Assembly (NCBI RefSeq): GCF_000485595.1
Contig: NW_014577079.1
Location: 180,826-244,825, forward strand
Reading direction: 5' to 3'
DNA: 64,000 bases
From: Priapulus caudatus
Lineage: Eukaryota
The position numbers were made by a program, and so were the translations under genes. Of the stretch, positions 11,308 to 23,700 are shown piece after piece. The first letter of the stretch is position 1. Every line of letters begins with the position of its first letter. Below the pieces are notes generated by a model. It did no database searches. It saw only the letters and a list, made by a program, of their open reading frames with translations, and was not told where the DNA came from.

Positions 11308-12915
11308 AACAAGTGCCGCGGAGTGACAGCGCTCATCTCACGTCTACTGCGGTGACTCTGTGGTGGAGTGGTGGGATTCTAGTAAACCCGGTTAGTCCCA
11401 AATGTGTTCACATACGCGCCGAAACAGTGAAAGGCACAGGGATGCAGGGTTCTGCCCACGGTGGGCGGCGGTGGGCGGGTGTGCCCGGCACTCGCGGTTG
11501 CCGCCTGGCACTATAAATCTCCGCCCGGCACTAATTTTTTATTAAAAAAAAAAAGGGTCTGATATATGGGCTTTTTATTGCTCAGAATGCAGGAAATTGA
11601 GTTTCAGACTATCCAAAATCAAAGATTTTCAGGGGGGCATGCCCCCGGACCCCCCTAGATTGGCTTCGCGCCTACGGCGCTTGCATCTTGCGACTGGATG
11701 CGCCCGGCACTAAAAAATCCTGGGCAGAACCCTGGGGATGGTATCAGGAACCTTCTCGAAGGAATGTTCGTTGAGATCGTTATGAAAGTTGCCACGAGAT
11801 GGCGCGTACGTTTAAGTGTCTTAAGATTAAAGATGGAAGCTCTCATCGTACATAGTAGCAACAACTATTTGCAGCACAGAGTAGGCGGTAAGCAATCATC
11901 CATTTACCTACGCAAGCGCCTCACAGGCTGAAATAGAGAGCTGCCAGGCCTTAACTGAAGTTAATGCAGACAAAACTACACGAGTGACTATCACCCACCA
12001 CGATGCACTGGCGGAGGGTGGGCGACTCGGCAGTGTCGCACAAGTTACGGATGCGTACCGGACTGGACAGTTACCAGGAATGCGCCATGAGAACATTTTA
12101 GCGAGCTTTGAAAGCATAAACCTTCTGTCGAGACCGAAAGTTAGCTTTGTGAAATTTCCAACGTGTGAGCATGGCTGAGCGCTCATACGCTCCGCACGGC
12201 GCATACATGTATAGCATTCTACTAGCAAACCCGCGCAGTCAAACGTGCTTTGCTAACAGTAAAGCAAATCCATGTGTTAGACCCTCGCGTGAAGGTTGAG
12301 TCAGGAGAAGCTTGATCCCAGTTGGACTACTTCGCCATGTCAAGCGGAAGTACATTTCGATCGGTCCTCGTTCGAATAAAGCCATACAAAATAGGTAGGT
12401 TCACCGCTGAAACAAAAAAGTTTTTCAATCGCTCCGTCAGACCATGGTCCTCAGAAAATGGTCGTAAGAATGCTAGCCCTGCCTGCGCCCAATTACCTTT
12501 AACCCTGCCTGACCTTCCAATTTCAGGCCACTAGTGATGGGCCTTTTCCTACCATGGTGCGTAGTACAGCCGACTATCCCGAGCCCCCTAGGTCCAAAGC
12601 CGCTTTAGATTTGTGCGTGCAATTCGTGACCATTTCCTCTCTATACCTTAAGTTTCGAGTTAGGGAATGTTCCCCTTCTTTTACACCCTCTTGACCTTTG
12701 ACCCCCAGCTTACGACATCCCAACTCATTTTCGGATTACCCCCCACCACACCGACTATGAATCGTACGTCGAGCGGGTCTTCAGGACTTTGTGCCCAACA
12801 ACTGTCTGCACGGAACGCGATGGACGCACGCCGGACGACGGCGCCGACTGTCACGCGTACCTCGTGCGATCTACAAATTAAGCCTGCATACCTCGACCTA
12901 TGTCAATTGAGCCTC
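11308..12915 (-). mobile_element. HINE/DINE-1-like element, family B (degenerate, with nested MITE)
   Basis: Reverse complement of 11308-11345 matches the 3' end of 18454-19437 and 48451-48985 (tgagcgctgtcactc.gcggcacttg); 12640-12740 matches the family-B internal ggggtcaaaggtcaa segment. Confidence 0.6.
11445..11734. mobile_element. MITE with CAGGGTTCTGCCCA TIR and 6-bp TSD (hAT-like)
   Basis: TIRs cagggttctgccca / tgggcagaaccctg, flanked on both sides by gggatg. Confidence 0.8.
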
Positions 12916-13857
12916 AATTACATTGCTCAAAAATTCCCCCACACCCTCCCCCCCCCGCTCCTGTCGCTATGGCTCTCCTGTCTTTGCGCTTCCTGCGGCC
13001 CTCACAGCTTGCCAACATTTTAAAAACCGAACCCGCCCAACGTATAAAGCTGGCCTACGGTGGCCCTAACTGAAAGCATACGTGAGAGGCAAGCCTACGC
13101 CGAGGTTAATAGCCAAGTAGTGGTCGGCGCATCTCACAACACAGAAGGATATATTCTGCCCTCCCCTGCGGAGAAAGTGCAGAGCACGCGAGCAGCGCGC
13201 TTTCGTAAAACGGGAAATTAAGCAGCAAACTGCAGAGGCTGTACGACAAATATGCACTAGACCTACAATGCGCCCTCCTTGCAGGAACGCAAGCTTTTGA
13301 TCAACCGACAGCCCCTATTCTGGAAAATAATCAATGGACAAGCAGCAGTCGACATTACCATCCTTCCTCACCAAAAGCAGCCAGCATATTCCGCGGGCAC
13401 ACAACCGCGCTTCATAGCAACAACCATCAGAACTCGCGACACCCCCCCCCCCCCCCCCCCCCCCCCCGCCCCCCCCCCCCCCTGATGGTACAGCCGCTCA
13501 GCCGGCTCAGCGGATAGCAGAAGATGTTCCAAGATCCTATCTTATCAACTAACATCATCTTATCCAATCACCGTACTCTGAACATCAATCTCTATCTTGA
13601 AACGCCGGTTCAGCTTCTTTCCGTTAGAACAATTCAGAAGCCTAGGAACCTGCTACCGGCGGAGTCACTTTACTCACTAGTCAACAGCCACAGCAATTCA
13701 CTGGGATCCCTCTGGCCCCAAAACATCTGAGCTCAGGCAGTATCGCTTAGCTTAAAGCCAGCCTCGAGACAGCCGAAACCACCATCACGGGGGGCCTTGG
13801 GGGCAACTACACACAGCTTCGCCAAACAGCTATCTGCCCAGCTATGCAACTGAGCTA

Positions 13858-14080
13858 TTGGCAGCTATGGGATCCGTGCCCGCGCCGCGCCTATGCATGT
13901 ACGCCAGGCGCACGGATCCCATAGCTGCACGCCGCTGCATTACTGTCGTAGGACGTTCCCGCCGGGTCGCGTTGCCGGACCTTTCCGCAGAACTGCCGTG
14001 CGAAGCCGCTCAGCGCTGTCGGATCAAGCACCTCGCTTTCGGAACTGCTTATCATCTAGTATCCCGTCTCATCTGGATCT
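13858..14080 (+). repeat. Dispersed repeat with a GC-rich hairpin, second copy at 35452-35630
   Basis: gcagctatgggatccgtgc...gcacggatcccatagctgc stem; downstream ctgtcgtaggacgttcccgc...ctagtatcccgtctcatctggat shared with 35452-35630. Confidence 0.65.
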
Positions 14081-15073
14081 CTGGAACACGTACATTACTG
14101 CCTACATTTAAAAATGTTCCCTGCAAATCTCTCACGTGCACCTGGAGTCTTTCCCGCACTCCCTGGACGTTTATTCCTTATACGGACTGTCCAGTATAGA
14201 AGTAGAAGTAGAACTAGAAGACTTACATTGGACAGATATGGGTATTATAAAAGACCACACCCAAACCCAACACACCTAAACCTAACCCCAAACCTAAACA
14301 ATTGGGGGGGCAAACCCCAACCCAAAAAAAAAGAACCAATGGAAAATGGAATTTAAAAAAGAAGAAAGAATGGGGGAACAGGACATCTAGACTAGACAAG
14401 GCCAACAACTAATACTGAATACCAAATCATCTAGGATAAATCCTGAACCCCGGCCGTACCACCAGACACCATACTGGTCTCTACATGCAGTGGCAGCATG
14501 CACAGAAGCCGGTTAACACGGCGATACTTATAAATGATAAGATTGCTATAACATTACCGCAACGTCAAATCTGGAGTAAATCGATCACCGAAGCGAAGGC
14601 CAACACTAAGGAGAACTTAGGAGAAACACTAAGGAGAAACTTCAGTGAGAGTTTTGTAACCACATGCTGCACGTACCTTCCTTCACTCTGAAGCAGGACA
14701 CCGGTAATGCCTGTTCAGCAGCAGTTTCTTAGAACTACTCAAGCAGGAAATTTTGCTTGCTCAGACGCTTCATATGATTCCGTTCAGGTTTCTAGAGCAT
14801 TTGATTACGTGCAGCGGCTTTTATCATATTATTCGCCACTTATGATGCGTGGGCCTGTTTGTATATGTTTGTGCAGCCAAGCGGCTCATAGGTGGCGGTG
14901 TTTTCCACACTACGTAGATGGGTTACTAGTCTTGTTACCTTGTTCTCTTACATCAGTGAAGAGTCGGTTCCCCAGTCTTCTCGTCTTCATCGATTTAGAT
15001 TGATGGATTGACTCATTGAGAACAATAAATTTACCGATACAGATATAACTAGAAAGGTTTTTGATTTACTCAC

Positions 15074-15139
15074 CTAGAGTTCTGGAAGGAGACACCTATC
15101 CGCGATGCCTGGATTACTTCAGCTTGAATAAACGTAACA
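15074..15139 (-). other. Candidate upstream exon of PADI
   Basis: tatgcag acceptor, consensus AG|gtgagt donor, 66 nt, open in the frame that continues into the 10055 acceptor; no transcript evidence. Confidence 0.35.
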
Positions 15140-15566
15140 CTGCATATAATACTACTAATAGTAATAGTAATAGTAATGATACTGGTGATTTTTATCATGA
15201 TAATGCACTAAAGTTTTAGTATAAACTGTAAAATTGGCTTCCGCTTTCCAGTAACTTTCTTGTCTCGATGTGACACGCTGTCACTGTAGTGTGTAGTTGA
15301 CCGAATCCAGAAGAGTTTAGCCTAATGGCTACTAGAGCAAGCGGCCTGGGCCTGTAGGTGTGCCTTACCGAACGTGTAATCGAACGTGTTACCGAACGCA
15401 GTACGCGAGCCGAATACTTGGCTGTTGCAGTGACAGTGACACTTTTAGGAGTTGTCTGGGGTCGTCGGTACGCGGAAGCTAGGTTCCTATTAGGCTTTAC
15501 TGCGTCGTGTACCAAAACCTGTCGAAAAACTGGTTGTAATTTGTCGTCAAGTGACGCACGGGCCAC

Positions 15567-16267
15567 GAAGGGTCGTTGTCGTATCAGGTACTACATATAT
15601 GTACCCGAGGTAGTTTTAGGTTGTTTAGTATTACTATTATGTTTATATTTTTATATGACTATGAGGTATGTTTAGGGTTAGGGTTAGAGTACACTTCTGT
15701 AGTACAAGTCGGGTACACTTTGTCAGTTTGTGTATACATGTATAGATACAATAATGTCACCCAAACACAGGATAGCTAGGGTTACAACGCGTCCCTATAT
15801 CCTTTTGTGTGGAGGAACCCCTGAGTGAATCACTCAGGGCGGTTTGCTAGTGCGTTTTCAGAGACTAGAACTTCCAAACTGGGTTTATTCTCAACACGAA
15901 CCTATAGCTTTCTCCGCTATCTTGGAACTTACTATGTATCACAATACTCTGTATTAAACTAATATAACCTGTTACAAAAATTCGAAGTGACGAGCGGCGA
16001 ATATACTGAGCGCCATTTCGGATTACCAATGCGCATAGCGATCGGCAAACGCAGCACCCTCCGATTGGTCGGTGAATCCGCTCTTCAAAACGAAGTAAGA
16101 GGCTTTCTCAGAGGGTCTATGAAAACGCACCAGCAAACCGCCATGAGTGATTCACTCAGGGGTTCCTCCACACAAAAGGATAGGGACGCGTTGTAACCCT
16201 ATCCTGTGTTTGGGTTACATTATTGTATCTAATACATGTAGTACCTGATTCGACAATGACCCCTTCA
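15567..16267. mobile_element. Inverted-repeat (foldback/MITE) element
   Basis: ~15743-15838 is the reverse complement of ~16143-16231 (tagatacaataatgt...tccttttgtgtggaggaacccctgagtgaatcactca); outer arms 15567-15600 and 16232-16267 also pair. A miniature with the same ends lies at 16328-16400. Confidence 0.75.
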
Positions 16268-16622
16268 GCTCAAGTGACACTGAAGGGCCTAGTTCATTCA
16301 TCCAGAGTTGGAGGCCTCTGAACCCTGGATACAATAATGTAACCCACCAGCAGTAGGGTTACAGAGAACCCTACTCTTGTTGGGTTACATTATTGTATCT
16401 ACACTGAACCCCAGAATTAGAATGTTATGTTGACATATGTGATCAGTTCATGCAGCTGTAATAAGGGAATTAGCAGATACGTTAGGATAACGAAATTTAA
16501 TGTATCATTTTTAACAGGCTAAATAGAAGGTTATAAGTTCTTGTATGAGTTGAATAGTTTTTAGGGTTATTGTGAAGTGGTGAGACTGCTGCTATCCGCT
16601 GGACTTCTGAAAGTTACTGCTA

Positions 16623-16720
16623 ATTCATGTGCAGATCATGCAGATATACATGACATTAATCTACATAATATATATTATGTAGATTAATGTCATGTATATC
16701 TGCATGATCTGCACATGAAT
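16623..16720. repeat. Perfect 98-bp palindrome
   Basis: attcatgtgcagatcatgcagatatacatgacattaatctacataata-ta-tattatgtagattaatgtcatgtatatctgcatgatctgcacatgaat. Confidence 0.9.
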
Positions 16721-17652
16721 ATATGACACTACCTGTGCACTAACTTACATATTCAACTATGAAGATAAATAGTTGTAATGATCTATACACACATATTGTA
16801 AAAATATTATAAGTACCCGGGTATAAAATAAAATAAAAAAATATATATATTAAAGCAATAATAAGAACTCGTGAATATTATATGTAGACCATATTTTGCT
16901 GCTGATAAGTTACTGAGTACTTTATTGTTGGATATCGATAGTCGTGATTGACTATGTTGTACCCAAACTTGGAATCTTGGCACAAACTAGGAATTTCAGC
17001 GCATTCGCAGTTTGGGCAACCAATTTTCTGATTGGGCAAAACCTGTTACATATGTTTATTAACTATTAAATATTAGTAAACAAATTAATAGTGACCACCA
17101 GCAGGTTCCCGTTCTGCAGACACAATGCGTGACACCCTAGACCCTAGTCACTATCTTGGTAGCATTGAAGTGTGCCATCGACGGACAAAATACATGGTGT
17201 GTGTATCATGATTTTACATTGACAGTTGTTGGCCTCCAGCTCAAGATATAGTTACCTGACCAATTAATTTTCCAGGGCACAATTTACTAGATTGGACAGA
17301 TACCAGCAATTGATGTGCAACTTGTATTACAGCTCTATATATTCGTTCCGCCACAAGGCCAATTAGGGTATATGTAATTGTATGTCTGTGAGTCGGACTT
17401 GAACCTGCGGGTTAGGGGGTTGAACCGGGAACCGCTGGCAAAACGGCGCTAATGTCGCGCACTGAAACATTATTTTACTTCCTAGTATGGATGTGATTAC
17501 CAGACTTGCAAAATTTGTTATTCGATATAAAGAAATGAATTACGATGTGTATTAATTGTTTCTGGCATTGTGATATGAATTAAGCTTTTTTATTTTACAG
17601 TTCCATGCAAATACTACCAAGCATAAATTTTCTTACACTATAACTGTAAACG

Positions 17653-17770
17653 ATGCAAAGGACTACTGGAAGTACTGGACAAGATTTTATGTTAGAGTGT
17701 AAAGCAGCCTATCTGACAATTAAAAATTCAATCGAAGAAAACCTGACAAGCAAAGATGACCTATACAGAG
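17653..17770 (+). CDS. EFCAB7: EFCAB7 coding exon 1
   Basis: MQRTTGSTGQDFMLECKAAYLTIKNSIEENLTSKDDLYR; acceptor at 17600 implies an upstream UTR exon. Confidence 0.88.
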
Positions 17771-20700
17771 GTACTTTATATCAGAGAGCTACTATACGTT
17801 ATAGAACATATGCTTAAAAGAAAACTGAATTCACAGTAAGGCAATGTGTAAGCTGTTTTCATTATGTTAGTTTATTACAAGACCGTTTTCATGCCAAGAT
17901 TTTGGGCAACCATGATATTAACATGATAAATCATATCATTCATTAGTGTAATGTACATTAGTTGTTTTGGTCTTTATTAAATTGACTACGTCACGAATTT
18001 TCTATGGTGTATATTTGTAAAAGGTTTGTTGCAATTTTTTACATGAAAATTAAGTATTAACCGGACTAGTACATGTATCCTCAAATTCTTACCTGATAAG
18101 ATTGTTTCTCAACTAGTTAAAAATCCAAAAAACCTGGGCGATTTGATATGATCATGGCATTAAATGCTTTCTATGGGCTATGTATGGGTCACGAGAGTGT
18201 TCACACCGAACGGAATAGCAAAATAGGAAGTATAATGCAGCTATTTAATCATAAAAAGTGAACAGAATCACTTACATTTTGTGAAAAGTGGACATTTTTT
18301 TTTTACTTTACTATTTTCGATGACGTAATCACTTTTAGTGTATACATGTACTAAAATGATGTCATCTTTTAGCTTTGCAGCAAACTGGTAGAAATCCTTC
18401 TCAGAGAATTGTACTGAAATATTGGGAGCAAGAAAATGGTAAGTTGCCATTTCTTTTTAGCTCAGCTGACGAAGTCAGATGCAGCTTGTAGAATTGCATG
18501 ATTGTCCGTCCGTGCGTCCGTCAACAGTTGGGCACAAATCTTAACAGCTCGACGTACGGTCTTGATATTCGGGACGTGGGGGGGATCGTGAAAAGGACTC
18601 GGGATGTCGAATTTGGGGGGTCAAGGGTCAAAGGTCAAGATGTGTCAATGGAGGGGGAATATTTCCCCCTTAACTTAAGGTATAGGAGGAAATACAGAAT
18701 TGCGGCACAAATCTCAACGTCTCGACCTACGCTCTTAATATTTGATGTATAGTGTGATGGGGAGGAATCGAAACCCATCACCAGCGCGAAATTGGAGGTC
18801 ACAGGTCAAAGGGCCGTGGGGGAAAGGTCAGATATCAGACATTTTCAGAGGACATGGTCTAACGGACCGAGTGCAAAACATTTTTGTTTCAGCGCTGACC
18901 TACTGTTTTTTATCACTTTATTGAAAGGACCATGAAATCTACTTTAATTCCGCTGACGTGCGAAGAGTTATAAGTGTCTGATAACCTTTTGACCCTCAAG
19001 AGGAGGGTTAAACATGGATTTGTTGACCGTTAACAAAGGACTGAACTGCTTTTGCTATTAGAGCCCACTCCACCCATCCCTCCCCCCCCCTCCCCCACCC
19101 TCCCCCTCCCCCTTTCCCTCCCTCCCCTCCACCCTCTCCCTCCACCACCCTCTCCCACCACCACCACTTCGCTCGCGCTCGACGCATATCCATGATAACA
19201 TGTTAATATAGCGAAGTCATTAAAGTTACACAGCTGTATCTTTATTACTGTACTACCAGTAGGTATAGCAAAGCCTATCATAGATTTTAGATCTGTATTA
19301 GTAGTATCCTAGATATATACTCAGAGCGCGAACGCGGTGGCAGGAGGGCGCACTTGATTCGGTTACTAGTGAGTTTATCAGAAGAATACCTGGCCACAGT
19401 ACACGTCAGTTGAGCGCTGTCGCTCTGCGGCACTTAATTGTTATAACCGTAGGAGCTACTTTAATATATGTAAGCAGTTGCATCTACAATTTAATGAATG
19501 AATTTATTCACATCTTATTCTGACGACGTATTATCACAGTGCAATACAATATTACTTATTATTTGAGTAAAAGTCACACATAGTTGCCTGTCGTTTAGAT
19601 AATCAATTATTATTCTATCTGCATGGTACTCAGATATTCTGATATTTATGCGGTCGTTTTTTATTTTTAATCTAAGTTCAAGCATCTTACATTATCTAGT
19701 GTCTTTCAGGTACAGTGTCATTCAACAAATTCTGCTCTATTGTGAGGTCTGAGGCACCCATGTCTGAAAACCAGCTGATAAATGCTTTCCGTAAAATTGA
19801 TGTAAACCACGATGGTTTTATCAGTCACGAAGAGTTCCTCTCTGTTATGACAACTGTAAGTGGTTTGGGTAGTACGTGCTTGTCTGTGTGCGTGCATGCC
19901 CCGTGTTTGTGTGGATGCGTGCATGCGTGTGTGCACGTGTGTTCCAGGGGGCCTGCATGATGGCTACACTACAGTGTTTCTAAAGAACATGAAAAACAAG
20001 ATTGAATAATTACTGTATTTTCTGCCATTATTATGTTGTAAAATATCTCATTGGTTTATGTTCATATCTGCTCAGACCGAGTGAGCACACTATAATGAAA
20101 CAAGAGAGTAAAACAAGACCTGCTACCTCATTATTTAAGCTTACTGAGAACAAAAATGACACTGGTGACAAGCAAAGTGGTAGCTTCTGAGTCATTCCAA
20201 TTGTTATTCCTTATCGCATTCAATAAAAATAATGACGAGGAAATAATATCTAGCTGGTGTAAGCTAGTAGTAGTCAACAAAGAGTGACTCAGTGTTAATA
20301 TTGCTGATTTTATATTGCCGTTGCAGAAAGGAGAACTGATGTCACCAAGTGAAGTGAGGGGAATTTTTCGCAAGGCAGATATCAATAAATACGGAAAACT
20401 TGATTACAAAGAGGCAATATTTCGTTTTTTGTTCAGTCATTCCAGTAAATTTATTTAAGTATTATGTGAGTGTCTACTCACTATATATGACTATGAATAT
20501 TTCTTGGTGTTTATGGTGGAAGACTCAAATAACACGTTTTTTCTGGGCTTGTAGTTCTGTAAGATAATACTGAAGACGGTGGAACAGTGTCAGTCAGTAG
20601 CTGTGGAGCGTATGAATGACATGCAGACGAAGAGAGCGAGGCATCAGTCTGGAGAGAGTCACTCATCTGCTGTGAGTCAAGATTCTACAGTCACTCTAGG

Positions 20701-23700
20701 AAAGAAGACACCTGAACCAAAGCCTAGACGATTAAAAAGTATGTTTAAGCTATGTTTGAGTTAGCAAAATGATGCCGGTTTTATGACTTCGTTTAACTTA
20801 TATTTGTATGGTGAAGTAACACGAAGGCATGCAGGCATGTTTTCATCAGAAGCCAAATAATAAAAAATACTCTACTGTTAGAGCTATTAAATTAAATCAT
20901 ATACACCAATCGTTCTTTCAACATTGGATCGAGTCTGTTTGTAAAAAGTTGAGGTGTAAAGTGAAATTTTATTAAAAGAGCCAATTTCCTTTTGTCATAT
21001 ATTATAATCAAAATATGCGTTCAATATAGCAAAAAATGTATATATGAATTTACTGTCTGTCTTTAATTAATGTTTTTATAGGAACAGAAATAAATGTACA
21101 AGATATAAAGAAAGCAGCTGTTGCCAAGTTAAAAACGAAAGTTTCAAAGCCATCAAATTTACAGGTTTGCTGGACTTTGTAACTAATTTTGCAATGGGCA
21201 TTTAAAAAGTCGATTGATAAGCTACTTGTGTTGATGCTCTGTTTAAATTAGCACGTTACAGTTAATAATATCATTTGTTCAATTTTGCATTTATCTAGCA
21301 TACATGTTAATATATTTTAGTTAGTTTGCTACCACAACTGTGCTATAGTGCCAGGATGTGTTTCCTACAGTTTCGTCAAATTACGTTCTTTTATGTCCTA
21401 ACGTCCTTACATTTTCAGCATGTTTCACGTTTCTTCGGTGTACATACTCTTCTCTAGTTATTGCATAATAACGTATCTTTTGCCATTCTGATGTGTGCAG
21501 GACTGGTACCACCATAAAAGCAAGGGGATCTTCTACCTGGAGGAAGATAGCACCGTTGTTAACCATCACTACATCCTCAAACTGCCAAGGTCGTCGAGTG
21601 TGTGGATGACAATAGAACCATACAGTCCCACAGCAGAAACTGGTATGAAAACCATGTGTGAGCTTAGTGAAGTACTAATCATGAAAACCATGTGTATACC
21701 TAATACTTATAATGGAAACTATATAAAACCTGCGTGCATGGAAAATAAGAATCGATGAAATGTTAAATGCTGAGGCTTGGGATTTGAGGCTCACACGTGT
21801 AGGAGTAAAAAAATGTCTGTGATTCTTCACATCCCAGGGAGGTCTTGCCGGGGAACTGAATAGTATAATACACATCAAAGTTTTGAGTTTATTATGACCT
21901 ATGGTATTTGTGGCAGGCGTAGAGTAGCTTCGCTTCCCTCGTGGTGCCACTTGATAGCATGTCTATTAGGTGTTTGTAAAACAAAAATAATAGGTATTTG
22001 AAAGTTTCAGCAGATAAGGGAGTTTTCATTATTGATGATTGGTATGCATTTATGTAATGTATGTATAACGATTTGATTTAGGAGAAAAAACGCACCCAAC
22101 AATCGACACAGCTCTCTACATACTTAGACTAGATGGGGAACATGCAAGTACTCTTGTGACGTGCACAGAGAAGCGAGACAAAAAGGTATTTATACATAAT
22201 ATAACCATGTACAGTTGTACTCTGATTGGTAATAATATTTAGACAATAGACACTTGTCGATAAAAGACTCTTGGCATGTCTCTTGAGTGAAATTTAGACA
22301 GCAAAACCACCCCTATGTAACGGTCACCTGTCTTTAAAGTACACTTGGCATTTCCCTTAACTGACCCGTACATACAGGTTTGGTTATAAAATGGTGTGCC
22401 CAATGTTTCTAATAAGCATTTTATGGTATATAGATGTGTATATATATATATAATATTTATTTATTTAATAAGTGGATGCTCATGTGAGTGTGTGTACTTG
22501 CCACTGTTGAAGGGTGTTTACTATGTGCGGGTGGACCTGGATTCTGGGAAGTATTTGCTGCTTCCCTTCACTACGGGTTGCCGTCTCAGGCCACGCCTGC
22601 GACAACCACACACAGAGTCTCGACTGGTGAGGAAAGACAAGGAGAAAGTGCAGCTGACAAAGGCATTCCGGTAAATTAAGCTTATATCTTTATTTACAGT
22701 TTCATAAAATTATGTGTTTATGAATAGAGGCATGTATGAACTTGTCATTTATACTTGCAATACTACCCTATACGTGTGTATTCATGTGTTTATTTGGAGT
22801 ATTACGTGGAATTATATGTGTTTGTGACTGGAGGCAAGTGTCAACTTGCCATGTGTACTTGCCGTACTACTCGTATCTGTGTAACATACATGTGCTTATT
22901 TAGAGTGTTATGTAGAGTTGTATGTGTTTGTGACCGCAGGCAGGCATTAACAGAGATCTTCGACATGTGTGACCAGGATGACAATGGCTTGCTCAGTAGA
23001 GAAGAGTTCAGCTATTTTAACTTGCGCACAAGTGGAGAAGAACTTGCAGATGACGAGTGGACCGTTGTTGAAGGTATATTATATATATATATATATATTG
23101 GCTAGGATTCTTTCTTGGAATTTCAATAAGGATATCCCTTAGTTGGCCAATTCGTCCCTGATTGCTAATTGGGAGTCAGTCATGCATGTCATAAGCGGCC
23201 CAAATATGCAGGTAAACTTAACCACTTTGGAAAGGTATACATTCAGCTGTGAAAACATAGCATGACTGTGTTGGGATTGTCAAAAGTAAGCAACTGGAAA
23301 TTAAGGCATGCCCATTAGCTAATTAAGGCATGTCGGAGGATTTATGGGATGTTGCAAATTAGCTTCAGTTTTTGGAGACGTGTGTTAATGGCCTGGGGAG
23401 AACTCTGTCATCCCAGGAATGGGTTAGAGCCTCTATGATACTCATCGCTATTCATTCACTTGTATAAATGCATCAGTGGTGCTATATAAGGAATTAAATA
23501 AGAATTGGTTGTCTTTATATCTTATGTAGTTTTTCTGTATATTTTAGTGTACTCGGTTTGAACTGACATAACTAACAGTAGAATTCAAAGATTCATTATC
23601 ATGCTTCAGAAATTTTTCTTTGTAGCTATGACGAATAATAATGTTATGGTAAATAATAAGTAATAAATGAATTCTTTCTTGTAGAAAATGTTGCTCTACA

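Noticed and set aside
11750..14700. Cluster of short ORFs suggesting a gene inside the PADI upstream region
   Set aside because: No recognisable domains; sequence matches repeats elsewhere in the window and looks degenerate or error-rich.
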